Shown: in pieces, positions 23,663-36,729 of the stretch | Numbering within the stretch: the first letter of the stretch is position 1 | Layout of the letters: each line of letters starts with the position of its first letter | Assembly (NCBI GenBank): GCA_033119305.1 | Contig: VSWD01000002.1 | Span: 9,402,974 to 9,466,973 of the forward strand | Length of the DNA stretch: 64,000 nt | Direction of reading: 5' to 3' | DNA from: Pinctada imbricata | Taxonomy: Eukaryota | Notes under the pieces: generated by a model | Seen by the model: the letters and a program-made list of their open reading frames with translations, nothing else | Databases searched by the model: none | Told to the model about the DNA's origin: nothing | Position numbers and translations under genes: made by a program

Positions 23663-24299
23663 TATACTGGTGTCGGAACAGTTTCCGGACGATTTTGTAG
23701 GTTTTTGGGGTATAATTCCTCTGTCCTTTGATGGAAATCATTCAAATTTCCCTCAAATAATGCTGTGCCCTTCCCACAGGCACTCATGTTCATAGAAAAT
23801 AATAAATCTATCAAGAAGTATGGTTTCTAGACTGATTTTATGACCCTGTATTTTGGCCATTTTTCACAAAACAGTTTCCGGACACCTGATTTTATAGCTG
23901 TCAATCTTGATCAATTTCAGCCCAAACTGGAAGATTTTTGGATATTGTTTTCCTCAATCTTTTCTACAAATGACTGTAAAAATAATATTGGAAATAGAAC
24001 CGTAATTCTCAAATGCAAATCATGTAGATTTAAAAAGTATGGTTCTCTGCGACTTCCCCCGGTGAGCGATATTAAATGGGACAGAAAGGAGTGAAAAGGT
24101 GGTTTGATAAAGCAAAAAAGATGCAAAATTTTGTTTATATAATTCATGCTTTGAATTCTCAATATAAAAATCTACAAAAGTGTCACAAAGTTTTGAAAAT
24201 AAGTTCTTTCAAAGTACTTCAAAGGGGAGACTGTCCAGAAACTGTTCTGACACCAGTACTGTTAAATGTCATGTTACAGAGTTTGTGATTGATCTGAAT

Positions 24300-25085
24300 T
24301 GCTCTACATATCATGGTTGTTTATCTGAACACGACCTTGACATTATCTTAACACGACCTTGATCTAAACACGTCCTTGACATTATATGAACACGACCTTG
24401 ACATTATCTGAACACGACCTTGACATTATCGAAACACGAACTTGACATTATCGAAAAACGACCTTGACATTGTCTTAACACGACACGGAAATTATCGAAA
24501 CACGACCTTGACATTATATTAACACGACCTTGACAATATCTAAACACGACCTTGATCTAAACACGTCCTTGACATTATCGAAACACGGCCTTGACATAAT
24601 CGAAACACGAACTTGACATTATCGAAACACGATCTTGACATTATCGATATACGATCTTGACATTATCGAAACACGACCTTGACATTGTCTTAACACGACC
24701 TTGACATAATCGAAACACGACCTTGTCCATTATCGAAACACGACCTTGACATTATCTAAACACGACCTTGACACTATCGAAACACGACCTTGACATAATC
24801 GAAACACGTCCTTGACATTGTCTTAACACGACACTGAAATGTTCGAAACACTACCTTGACATTATATTAACACGACCTTGACATTGACTAAACACGACCT
24901 TGACCTTGTCTTAACAAGACCTTGACATTATCTTATCAAGACCTTGACATTATCGAAACACGACCTTGACAATATCTAAACACGGCCTTGACAATATCGA
25001 AACACGACCTTGACATATCTAAACACGGCCTTGACATTAATCTAAACATGACCTTGACATTATCTAAGCACGACCTTGACATTAT
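24300..25085. repeat. 22-bp minisatellite (GAAACACGACCTTGACATTATC), about 35 units with variants
   Basis: Direct reading. Confidence 0.9.
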
Positions 25086-25961
25086 CTAGGAATGCAGAAT
25101 CCCAAATACTTAAGTATTTGACATAATTTATATCAATTATGCAAAAAAGAAAAACGTCCTGAATCCAATAAGTATTTTACTCTGCTTTTCCATCGATCTA
25201 ACTTTCTGTTCATTTTCCCTTATACGAGTGCTCATACTAAATTACTGTCCTAAGTATAACTGGTCTTAGCTGTACGTTTCTTACTCTTATCTCAGTATAC
25301 CAGTCTTTTTCAATTAATATTTATCGAAGAAGTGATGTTTTTATCGTCAGTCGTCTACAATGTGATGGTCTGCTACCCAAAGGGAAGTTAAGATGTTTAT
25401 ATGAGGAAAGACTAATTTTCTTTATAAGAATCAATTAGCAATTGCCCATGTATGTCATTGGAAAGCAATAACAGCAATAGGAAGTTTCAAGGCAGATTTT
25501 CTTTAACTCACGTGGAGGAAAGTATGGAGAAGTTATAAATGTCAAACCTTGTAGACGGTAGAAAAAGATTTGCCATGTAAGGACACAATTTCTCCCAAAA
25601 TTGGTAAACCGTGACAAGTTCGATCTTACACTGTACCAATCCATCTCATAAGGTCTTAGTAATTAAATAATTTGTTTTACGTCCGCGGGCGGGTATCTTA
25701 CAGGAAAATTACTAAGAAAAAAAAAAAAAAACCCCGCACAAACATGTAAATTTTCCACTTAAAAATATCCAGAAATAATTTCAAATCAAATCATTTAACG
25801 ATCTTCTTTACCATAAAATGCCTATAACAACGTCAAATAAAAAGATAGTGTAAGAATTATCCAACTAACTTGAGTAATATTTTATCTTGTTTTTTTTTTC
25901 ACTCTTCCTTTCCTAATACAGTCATACGTGACGGTTATAATGGACTGACCAATATTGTTAT

Positions 25962-27848
25962 TTTCATAGATATTAATATCAATTCTCTGTAAGGACCAAA
26001 ATATTTTGGAAACAGCATGTCATGGATTTTCATGATTTTCTCTGTAAATGGTATGTATAATGCCCTGAGTACAAAAGTAACAATTTTTTGAAAATAAATA
26101 TTCCGGTTACCATGGAAACGAGGTCTGTCTATTTAGAGCACTAAAAAAATGGTCAAATAAGTAATCTTTGGTTATTATGTTGCCATAGAAACCATTGTCA
26201 GAGTTTATTGGTATTAACAACTTATAATCTTTGAAACCTCTATTTTTAGAAAAAATAATAAATTTTTGACATTTCTTTCAATTAGCCGGATCCTAACAAA
26301 TCAAAAGCAGTCAAAAATTGCCATAAAATAAGGTCAAAATCAAGGCCTATTTTTGTCCAATTTTTACCATTTTTAAGCAAAAATAACAAAAAATGTCAGG
26401 CTGATAACACCATCACTGTTGTTAGAACAAAATAGATTTCATGTGACAAATATAATCACTGGAAAAAATAAGTGGGACCTTGTTTTGTTTTCCTACATTT
26501 TGAGGTCAAAAATGGTTGCCATGGCAACTTTTCATTTGACACTTGATGACTATATCATTTCAAATTGATTTATAGCATGGTTTAAATAACTTATATTGCT
26601 TAAGCTTTATGTAGGGACAACAGAAGAAATTATTCTTTATTTGAGCACTTCCAAAATTTTTCAAGGTCGTTGACTTTTAGTTCAAGGTCAATTCAAAATA
26701 TAGGTTCCAATTTCAATAAAATTTGCATTTTTGTTGTTATTTATTGTTATTAAATTTAGGCTTGACTGCCATATTTTTGTATCAAAAATACTTCTTACTA
26801 AAATTAGGACAGATAGATGGAAAAACATTACAAATTTTAGTTCAGAACATTTCTCCTAAAAAAATAAGCCCCAGACAAAAATCATGATTATCTCACATTC
26901 TTTTATATGTATGTATGAAATACTGGCTAAAAATCAAGGATGTCATTGATTTTGAGATTTTTTGCAACTTTGGTCAATAAATAGGGGATATATCTAAAAT
27001 CACTATGTATGTGTTTGTTTTACTCAATACCGCATGATATATGAGTAACTGCCTCTTATATTTTTGAAAAATCGCAAAATTTTGCCAAATTTTGTGAATT
27101 GCATTCAAGATGACCTTGACATTGGGTCCTGTGACCTTGAAAACTTTTAAGGTGATTTTTTAAATCAATAATGCTCTTTTATATGCACTGATAAAAAATG
27201 CTTAAAAATATATAACGGACAGCTGAAAATTTACCAGTAAATTACTCTATGTGTAATAGTACTGAACAGAATGTCACCATGGTAACCATTTTTTATACCC
27301 TTTTGAATAAAATTGTGAAGAGGTCCCACTCAAATTTTAACATTTTCTTAAAGATCCAGGATTAAACTTTAGAGATAATTGGCAATAGAAATCAAGTTAG
27401 CCTGACATTTCTAATTATTTGCCCTTAAATTTAAGCAAAATCATGTTAAATTAGGAGCTTTTTCGGTCTTAAAAAGGGCTTCTTCAAAACAGGTTTTTGC
27501 CTACATTTAGAGCATATTGACAAAGAGAATAGCGGGCAAAAACATACTTCTTGTGTAATATTTATACTATTAAAGATATAAAGAGAAAAATTAAGGAAAA
27601 TTCAGTTGACTTCAATAGCTGTTACCATGGAAACGAGCCTTGTGAAAATGCCATGTAACAAGTATTCTACTGATGCGTGAAATATCAAACATGGTTTCCA
27701 TGGCAACGAAAACTTAATTTGTAAAATGAAAGTTTATTTTTGTCTCAGGACATCATATACACCTTCCACACCAAAAATCTCCAAAATTAGAGACATGCTG
27801 TTTCCACGTGCTATTGAAATTATTTTGGTCCTTACAGAGAACTGCTAT
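25962..27848. mobile_element. Non-autonomous TIR element of about 1.9 kb (imperfect TIRs of about 45 bp TCTCTGTAAGGACCAAAATATTTTGGAAACAGCATGTC...); a related left-end copy lies at about 29525-29650
   Basis: 25965-26005 matches the reverse complement of 27795-27845; internal CCATGG-containing motifs (GTTGCCATGGCAAC etc.); no long ORF. Confidence 0.45.
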
Positions 27849-27957
27849 TAACATTGTAATAGTATTCAGAAAATTTTGGAGGATTGTCATTGCTGTCTTT
27901 CACTTTGACTGTAAAATGTACGGTATCTCGTATAAATCATGTGTTTTTCATGCCTGG

Positions 27958-28012
27958 TGAGGGTGTGTGTAAGTGTGTGTGTGTGTGTGGGGGGGGGTAC
28001 CTTTCAGGAAAT
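27958..28012. repeat. (GT)n microsatellite followed by a G run
   Basis: Direct reading. Confidence 0.95.
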
Positions 28013-31000
28013 GTTCCGTACGTAAAATAAAAGCACTATTGCCTTATCTCTAAAAAAAAAATAAAAGTATGGAAAAAATCAGGCTATCTTCTGCAGGAAG
28101 AATAAAAATGACAGATAGATTAAATAGGACAGATAGGTCTAGGTACTCCTTTTAAATAACGTACGTATAGTCCTTTCCGTCTTAACCGGTTTCAGATTTA
28201 CAAAATTGAACTATGTATGCATCATTTGTCTATGTTGACGACATCAACTTTTTATCGTTGGGATTTCCGCCTTAACATATCCGTAGACGACGGAAGATAC
28301 ATCGGCCAATAACAATTTCATACACAATATCATGGGCATGCAGCCATTTGTATGTATTTTATTTTTAAGTCGCAAACGGATTGTTAACTTTAAAGGTACT
28401 CGTTCCCTGGAAAAGGCTTAAATTGCTTCTTTTTTTATCAAATTTAGAGGATCCACTAGCCTAAAGGGATTCGAATCCCCAGAACCCCCCCCCCCCCAAT
28501 TAAAAATCCGTATATATAGAATAGAAAAGAATGAAATAAATAAATCAATACGTAAATCAGCATTTTTTTTAAATCCTGACCCCATTACGTTCTCTGAATC
28601 TTCCCATGAAATGAAAGCTTAATTTTTTTTCCTTTTCCGAAAAAAGGTACCCTTCGGTATATCATTTTTTTTAATAAATTAAGTGAGAGGTATCAAATAC
28701 ATCCGTTCATGATTAATAAAAATTTGAGCTACCCGTCACTCTATCCTCTATGGGCTGATCTATATCATATTTTCCCCGATATTTTCCCTTAAAAACAATT
28801 ATTTTTCACATCCTGTAAGACAAACAACCGATCAAACAGTTTAAGGACGATCCGTTGTACTTTACAAAGTGGTCATATCGGAGGCTGATCGTTCGCCCTT
28901 GGACATTTTCGTAACCTGATCAGGAATCTTTGTGTGAATGGGAGAATGGTTGTTTAGATGACAGATAAAGCGTCAAGTTAGATGAAATAGGTGTAGATAC
29001 TACAGACGTATGTGTATTGTAGATGTTGGAAATAAATTATTTCTGAGGGAAGTTTATAAAGTCCTAAGTTTCGAAAGGTAAGTTTTCTATGAACCAGTAC
29101 AAAGATTCCATAAATTGTATTGCATGTAAGTGAGGTCACGTCCGTCGTCTGTTCGTGGGTTGTGAATTTTTCACATTTTCGACTTTTCTTCAACGCTGAA
29201 CAGATTTTAATGAAACTTTGTAGATATGAAGTCTGAATACTTGTAGTACATACATATCCGTCGCCATACCATGAAGGTATCCTCTCTATGAGACTTCTTG
29301 TGAGTCGAAATCCAAGTACCTAACTACAAACTGAAAGCATCAGAATTATCTGTGTGGATGTTTCAAGATGTGTTGGGACGTTGACAGAAACGATTATACA
29401 CTGAGCAAAGGAGCTCGATGCCAACGACCCACAAGAGTATCCGCCCCTACTTTCCTTAGAGATGGAGCTCCTGTGTCACTGAGTAACGATTACTAAGGTC
29501 AATTATCTCTTACCAACAAAATTCTGGCGCCACGGCATGTCATGGATTTTCATGATTTTCTGCATATTGGGTATATATGATGTCCTGATTGCAAAAATTA
29601 AAGTTTGCGGTCAATGTGAGTTCCGGTTGCAGTGGCAACAAGACCAGTCTTTTGGTGCTACTTTAAAGACTGTGAAGTAACCTTTTTTTTTTGGATACGT
29701 TGTTACTATGGATATCATTGTAGCGGATATTTCATTTTCGTACTTTTTGCGCTCCTTTACCTCATTTCTTACAAAATGCACTCAGTTTTATGATAGATAT
29801 TACAGGACGTTTACTGTGCCCAGCCAAAGTAAGTAAAATTCAAGTCAAAAAGGAAGGAAAAGGTCATTTTATGTGATTTTTACCGTTTTCAGTGTCAATT
29901 ATAACTAAATGTAGACGTTTGTGAGAGCTATGATTGGTTATTATGAAAAGTAATGTCTCTTGAAATATAATGAAAGAAAATTGAAGCTGGGATCATTGAA
30001 AATTGAAGTTGTGATCATTGAAAATTGAAGTTGAGATCATCTCAATTTTAAAAACCGTTGCTATGTCAACTTTAAGCGTTTTAAAGGTTTGAATATACTA
30101 CCTTTTAACATTGATTTAACTCCAAATAAGTACTACTTATGACCATGAAAATATGCATATGAACTGACAAGACTCTTTCATTAAATTATATTACCTTGAA
30201 AGTTTCCAAGGTCATTGACTTGAAGTTCAAGGTCATTTCTTAACTCGGACTAAAAAAATTCGATAATCATGTGATTTTTCTTATTTTTGTCATAAAGTAA
30301 CTTTTTCTTTTTGAATTTTCCAATAACTTATATACATTTTGAAAAATTATGGATTTAAAAAAGAAATTTCCTGATTTCACTGACTTTTCATATTCAAATA
30401 CAATCTTTTTGTTCTGGCGAAAAAAAAATACGAATTTTAATTTTCATGCTTTCTTTCGTTGATATCCACACCTCAATTTCAGAAGGTCACAGAGTTGATT
30501 GAACTTAACTATCATATCCATTATTTTGTTGGATACAGCCGTTTGATTTGAGTCAAAAGGCCCTTTCTAGTTTGATCGTTTTTTTTTTTTCTACGAAAGA
30601 TCACAATTTTGGTAAAATCTCCTCAATTAAAAATCAGTGACCTTGAAAATACAACGCATGGCCTGCCTTGAACAAGTAACAAGATCATCTCTTCATTGAT
30701 TTGTCTCCAGTAGATATACGAACGAGGTTTTGTTTTAATATGCTTCGCAGGCGACACAAAAATTGTATCTGTCTGTCCTTTATAATCATCCAGGTCCACT
30801 TCTTAAGGCTGGGAAATGGTGACATTCTGGAAAATTTACATAGAAACATGCCCAGTATATATTGATTCATGATTAGAATACATGGTTGAAGGGGGGAAAT
30901 GTGCCAATATACGGTAAAAATATAAAGATTGAATAATCTCTTGTTAAGCAAAGATATTTGGACAAAATATCCAAATTATACCAGGCACGCGTGATCAAGA

Positions 31001-33194
31001 TAATGAATCCTTCAAATGAAATGGTAGTTAGGTTTTATTAAACGGATATTCAGATAATTTAATTATAGCCAAAGAAAAGTTTGTCTCTGGCAGAAGCAAA
31101 AGTGTGCGCTAAACTTAATTCAACTGCATTGAATCTTACAATTTAATTAAGCAAATTAAAAAAAAAAAACCCAAAAATATCGTTTTCATTGCGCCGTAGC
31201 TTATGAATATGCACTTTGACAGCTTTCCTGAAGAAAAAAGAAATAAATGAGAATTAATCAGACAGACTATATATGTCCCTTCTATGAAAAGAGCGCATCT
31301 TTGATTTTACGATTTTTAAGATTTAAAAAATGTAAAAGTGCGTGTAAAGCTCAGAATGACGTTAGATTGTAATAGATTACGGCTCTGAAGTAGCCCGATC
31401 AAAGTATGTCTAAGTGACTTAAGTTTGAAATTCCAATTAAGGTTAGAATATCTTTACCTGCCTTTTATCGAAGTTCTATATTTCTTTTTCATTGAACAAT
31501 TATTAGCTAACTATTACATAGATATATCGATTGTCCATTTCATCAAATATGTTCAAGTCGTGGGAAAATTTGAGAAGTCTGAAACGGAAAGAAACTTGCA
31601 TGTAAATCATGCTTTATGTATACAAGATAGCATTTTTTGAACGATGATACTACATCTATTATTCTTTTTGATGGACCGGACAAAGGAGGAGATCTCGTGC
31701 AAGACTCGGCCCTAGCACCCAAACACAGGGACAAGGGGGAATCCATCGAAATATTACATATAAACCAAACATATACTATTAGTTATTAGGTTTGTTACTG
31801 ACCGTCTACAGAGATTTGTCGGGTTGATCTTTCTTTGGGCTTGATCAACCTTACAAATCTCTGTGGACGGTCAGTAACAAACCAAATAACTGTTTTATTT
31901 TGTCGAGGACCAAAACCTCCGTTTTTTGTTGCAGAAAAATGGCGTTTCACGATACGACTCCTTTTACTTGCGAATTATGCGGCAATGACGGAATTGCTGA
32001 CGGTCTATAGAAATTTAGACGTAACGCGATTTACGCTGATTGGTTCGAACTAGTCCGTGGCAAAATAAATTAATATTTAAAAATACATAACGTTATATAA
32101 TTGATCAACCTCAATTTTCTTTTTAAAATGGGATTCCTTAGACTAAAGATGAACGTGTAAAATTATCTTACACGTTCCGGTCATCTTGAGTCCGAGGGAT
32201 CCCATTTTCAATAGAATTAAAAATTACAAATATACATAATAAACGTCAGAGCAATACAGGTTGTATCTTCAAATATTCCAATTAACCGACTAAAAGCAAT
32301 CGCAATTAAAGTATAAGGGAAGTCTACCGGAAATTATGTAACAATATCATAACAATTAGTTGAAAATAGATTTCAAGACAATATCCGCTTCTACGTCATT
32401 AACTGATATTTGCATGGGAATAGTCTACAATACACGCTGTATAAATCATAACTATTATCAATTACTGTCCTTTTGCATAATAAAAAGTAACAATATTTCA
32501 TGAATTATTGCTATCCACCAATACATTGACTTAATTTGTTTTGAAATTATGTATGGTTTGAAAAAAGTACAGCGGTAGTTCGGCTAGAAAATAGCATACG
32601 GAAAATTCATACATCTGATGTTCATTCGTGTCCCTATCATGCGGGTGTGTTCCGCTGTAGTATGTAGTATGGTCTTGTTCAATATTTTAAACTGCTAGTA
32701 TTTTAAGAGAAATAAACCACACGTGGTGCATTCATGTAATATTTCAATGTTTCAGATGGTTTTGAAGTTCGTGATAATCAGGGTCTATAATAAAGTTTGC
32801 CGAATGTTGGTCTAAGATATAACATTAGAACCATTTAGACGGCTAATCTGATTACGGAATTAAGTCCATTACAGATTATGATGAGATCTTTTGAATGCAA
32901 TAGACGATTTTCATATTACCGCAGTTGACCTGTATTTTACATATCCTAAGACTCCGACATATAAAGATTTGACGTAAATTTTTAAAACTGTGAAGTCGTA
33001 ATTGATTTATGACGTCACAATTAGAAATAACGTCAAAAGTAGTAATGTCGGGTCTTGGAGTGTCTAAAATTCAAGTTCTAAAAGTTCAAGTTCAAGTTCT
33101 ATAAAGAAGGTCTATTATCTCATGACGGTTTCGTCTTAGAGCAACGTTCTCGCGCATGAGATCTCCAAAGCAAACACTGTAAAAAACAAAACAA

Positions 33195-33750
33195 AAACAT
33201 GTGTTTAAGAAACACTAATGCCCCTGTCGGCATCTTTGTCTGTAAAAATTGTAAAATGGTCAAGCTCCAAGGTCAAGGTCACAAGGTCAAATATTTTGGT
33301 ATCCATGGAAATGTTTTGTTACAAGAATACACATAGAAAATATCAAAGCCCTATCCCTTACCATTCTCCAATTACGGCCAAGGTTAAAGCTTTTCAAAAG
33401 TAGGTAAAACTCCAAGGTCAAGGTCACAAGTTCAAAATGTTTGATATCCATCGAAAGGTTTTGTCACAAGGAATACACATGCACTATCACTTACCATTAA
33501 AAAATTAAAGTTATTCAAAAGTAGGTAAAACTCCAAGGTCAAGATCACAATGTCCAAATTTTTGGTATCCATGGAAAGGTCTTGTCACAAGAAATTCACA
33601 TGTGAAATATCAAAGCCCTATCCTTTACCATTCAGTTATGGCCAAGGTTTAAATTTTGCAGACAAACAGACAGACAAACGGACAGGACCTAAACTATATC
33701 CCCCCGAATCTTCGATTACGGGGGCATGAAAAGGGAAAAAATATAGGTGG
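33195..33750 (+). mobile_element. Pearl-like element: GTGTTTAAGAAACAC hairpin, about 3 units of a 140-bp repeat, a (GACA)n tract, then terminal hairpin TATCCCCCCG..CGGGGGCATGA
   Basis: Same monomer and leader as 48435-48700; its end mirrors the '(GACC)n + GTCCCC..GGGGGGCATA' end at 41480-41578. Confidence 0.5.
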
Positions 33751-34539
33751 CATCAGTAAAGTGAATTTATGCGAAAATAGTTCCAATAAGTACGAATAAA
33801 TAAGTACTTGCTTTCGTACTAAATGCATGGCTAATACAATGAAAATTTAGATAATTAGAATTTCCAAAATGTATGCTTACTTCTTAGCTTTAAAATCAAA
33901 GTGGAACTTGTAGAACATGTCTGGTCCATGCCGCAAATTTATCTACTCCTAATTGATGCTATTGAATTTGAAGACGTTTAACATTCTATCGACGAAAAAC
34001 GATTGACATCTCGATTTGGAAAAAAACGTGCCTTTTTCATGTCTTGCTAAAATTCAGATATAGAAACTGGATTTTGAAATCCTGTACGCCCATTTAACAG
34101 CCTTAAATACCATTTGGTCGACCTAGAAATGTTCCTGTTTATGTTATTGCTTTAATTATTCTCAACCCTTGATTACTCTTGAACATAATTTTATATTTAC
34201 AATTAAAAGGATTCTACATGTAAATCAGAATAGCAATATTCCGTCTTCCCCAGTTTATTGCGTTTTTGTTTCTTAGCTGATACGATACCCCAGGGTATGT
34301 TCCAAATATGAAGATTTCATTGTTAGAGCCAGACGGCTTGCAAGGAAGCTACTTGTTCAGGGTTATATCACTCAACGGCTGAAATATTCTTCGGTCACTA
34401 CGAGGAAATTATAAAAGCATATCAAATCCCCCTTTCCAGAATGATCAGTGACATTCTACATTGTGATTGAATGGCTGTAGTCATCACCAAACAAGACATA
34501 CTCATCTGATCTGTACATCAAAATGTACATAGAAACAAT

Positions 34540-34710
34540 CACCGAATTTGACAGGTTTCCATGGAGCTGTTGTGACGGGTGTTGCATGCATTCAGGAGAC
34601 GCTGACTCTCCCCGGGCACCTGATTTCACTTCGGAGTGTTGTTCATTCCGGAATAGCAACCGTTCCGATGGGAATTCTCACGATTTGGCCTTGCCTTCGC
34701 GACTTTGAGA
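34540..34710 (-). mobile_element. SINE-like repeat with core CGAAGTGAGACCAGGTGCCCGGGGAGAGTCAGCGTCTCCTG
   Basis: Reverse complement matches 47200-47360 and 63545-63712 over about 160 bp. Confidence 0.55.
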
Positions 34711-34914
34711 CTGAATAATTGTTAGGTACTTCTTTGATGTTTATTTGGTCGACCTAGAAATGTTCCTGTTTATGGTATTGCTTTGCTTATTCTCAACCAT
34801 TGATTACTCTTGAACATGAAATTATATATTAACAATAATGATTCCACAGGTAGATCAGAATCATATTGTTCGTAGATCGACGTCACAAATTTTAGGAAAA
34901 GGCATTTCTTCAAA

Positions 34915-35270
34915 TAAATGAGGGGATCTCTAACAACACCCGATTGCAGTACCAACAGCAAAACCCCAAAACACCCACTGCATAAACACAAAGCAGACAT
35001 ACCAGAAAGAGACGAAAATGGTTCAAGCAGTGCCAAATTACATAGTAACATCAAATACAAATGACTGCACATAAACCAACGAGACCAATGGGTAATCGGT
35101 GCCGACTTAGGACGGCCATCAGCCACGTCAGTAGCAGACGGTGTGGTTATCCTGCTTACGTGCACACAACCCTCCCACTTTTCCGATTACCCAGAGGTCT
35201 CGAAGACTGTACAATTGTTGTGTAAAATGACCTCCTCACTGTAAGATGACCATACAATCAGACAGCATGA
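34915..35270 (+). mobile_element. SINE-like dispersed repeat, family 'F1' (..AACAACACC.GATTG.AG.ACC.ACAGCAAAACCCCAAAACACCCA...CCAATGGG.AA.CGGTGCCGACTTAGGACGGCCATC...TTTTCCGATTACCCAGAGGTCTCGAAGA...)
   Basis: Other copies at 43040-43390 (+), 49340-49800 (-) and 57215-57654 (-). Confidence 0.55.
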
Positions 35271-36094
35271 GGCAGGGGCCCAAGAAACACACAGATGGAT
35301 AAGTAAAAGGATATAAAACATAAGGCGTACGAATCTGATAGATTCATTTGTTTGCTTGGTTGGTTTGTTCTTTAGTTTCTAACATATTAGTTTCGTAGTA
35401 TTCCATTGTTTATCAGATATTCAAACAAATTTTATTGGAAATCAGTAGAAAATCTAGCAGATCTATAAATAATGTATTTTATGTTGCGATTCAACCATAC
35501 CTTCTACTTAAATAATTTTGGCACAATTATACTTTTAATTTTTTTTATATTCTGTCATGACTGTGCTTCATGACATGATCGAACTCTTCAATATTTTAGT
35601 ATCATTTTAAGTTATTTTCTATAGAATGTAGATGAGATATTTATGAGAACGAATATTAAATATTCATGCACCACTCTGCAGGTAATAAGTAAAAGGGTCG
35701 CGGGAGTACTTGGATTCTCTTTTATGCAAACACTAAGAATAAATTAAGCATGTATGAAAACGTTTCTGACGAACTCAAAGCATATCCTGGCTCTCTTAAT
35801 TTGCTTCGTGCTAATACATTATACATTTATTATAGATTTGCCTAATACATTATAGATTTAACTTATACATTATAGATTTACCTAAAATAGCCTTCAAGTT
35901 GGTAAAAAGAAGATTTCCTTAGTTGCATCTTCGAAGAAAAGTTGAGGTCCGCTCTGTTTATCTCTAAAGATAGATTGGGAAACCTGCGCATGCTTGTGTG
36001 ATTCTCCATGGGTATTTCGCTAATTTGTTTTCGGTCCTTTGTTACTTTAAGATAACCTCTCTATGAACATGATGACATTAGTTAAATGAGTTAA

Positions 36095-36245
36095 AGAAGA
36101 TCCTGACGACAATCTTAACAACACTCACAATAGGACACCAAATTGAGCATCGACGGACCCCTTGCAAGCTAGAGGTGGGACCAGGTGCCCGGGGGGAGTA
36201 AGCATCCCCTGTTGGCTAGCCGCACCCAACGTCCATGTTCAAGTC
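36095..36245 (+). mobile_element. SINE-like repeat, family 'F2' (ATCCTGACGACAATCTCAACA...ATTGAGCATCGACGGACCCC..GCAAGCTAGAGGTGGGACCAGGTGCCCGGG.GGAGTAAGCATCCCCTGTTGGCTAGCCGCACCC)
   Basis: Near-identical copies at 46555-46700 and 52365-52470, and a fragment at 62510-62590. Confidence 0.55.
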
Positions 36246-36685
36246 TAGTAAATTGTATAGCGTCACAATTATGTGGAGGAGATATCCACAACAGGATGCA
36301 ACGAAAGCTTAATTATTTCAGAATAGAAAAAAAGGCATGAACTCAATAGTTCAGTTTTAAATGTATTAATTACTTTATTCCTGCTCTGTCGCCTGAAAGA
36401 AACTTTTTTTTGGCACTTATATTAATTTAATCTTTTTTTAAACTTGTCATTCCATCCAAAAATGTTGTCGAAATTAAAGGAGGTTAACATCTTAACATCA
36501 TCCCTCCAATGCTATTTTGAAAAGATTTTATTTGGATATCGATCCTGAATCGATCCTACAGGAAATTTGGAGCCGCGCATTCTCGGAAAAGTAAAGTAAA
36601 TTCACAAATTTAAATTCTGAAAATAAATCCACAGGGCAATTCTGAAATGAATTTTGGCGGCTTATGGAAAACACTTTGATTGGAA

Positions 36686-36729
36686 GCATCACTGATGAGG
36701 ATCTAATATCCGAAACACGTGTCTGGTGC
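36686..36729 (+). ncRNA. Type I hammerhead ribozyme motif (helix I GCAUCA/UGGUGC; CUGAUGA; helix II GGAU-cuaau-AUCC; GAAA; minimal helix III C-acgu-G; GUC cleavage triplet with the predicted cut after 36723)
   Basis: All conserved core nucleotides are present and the three helices pair as drawn by hand; it lies inside a dispersed repeat that recurs with degenerate cores at 36956, 42500 (-), 43468 (-) and 63835. Confidence 0.6.

Noticed and set aside
24300-25085. Possible CRISPR array (regular 22-bp repeats)
   Set aside because: No unique spacers (the units are contiguous) and the context is eukaryotic; it is a minisatellite.
34770-35165. 131-aa minus-strand ORF, with similar ORFs at 43013-43264, 49380-49832 and 57285-57749
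   Set aside because: All lie within copies of the SINE-like F1 repeat; conserved because the repeat is conserved, not as protein.
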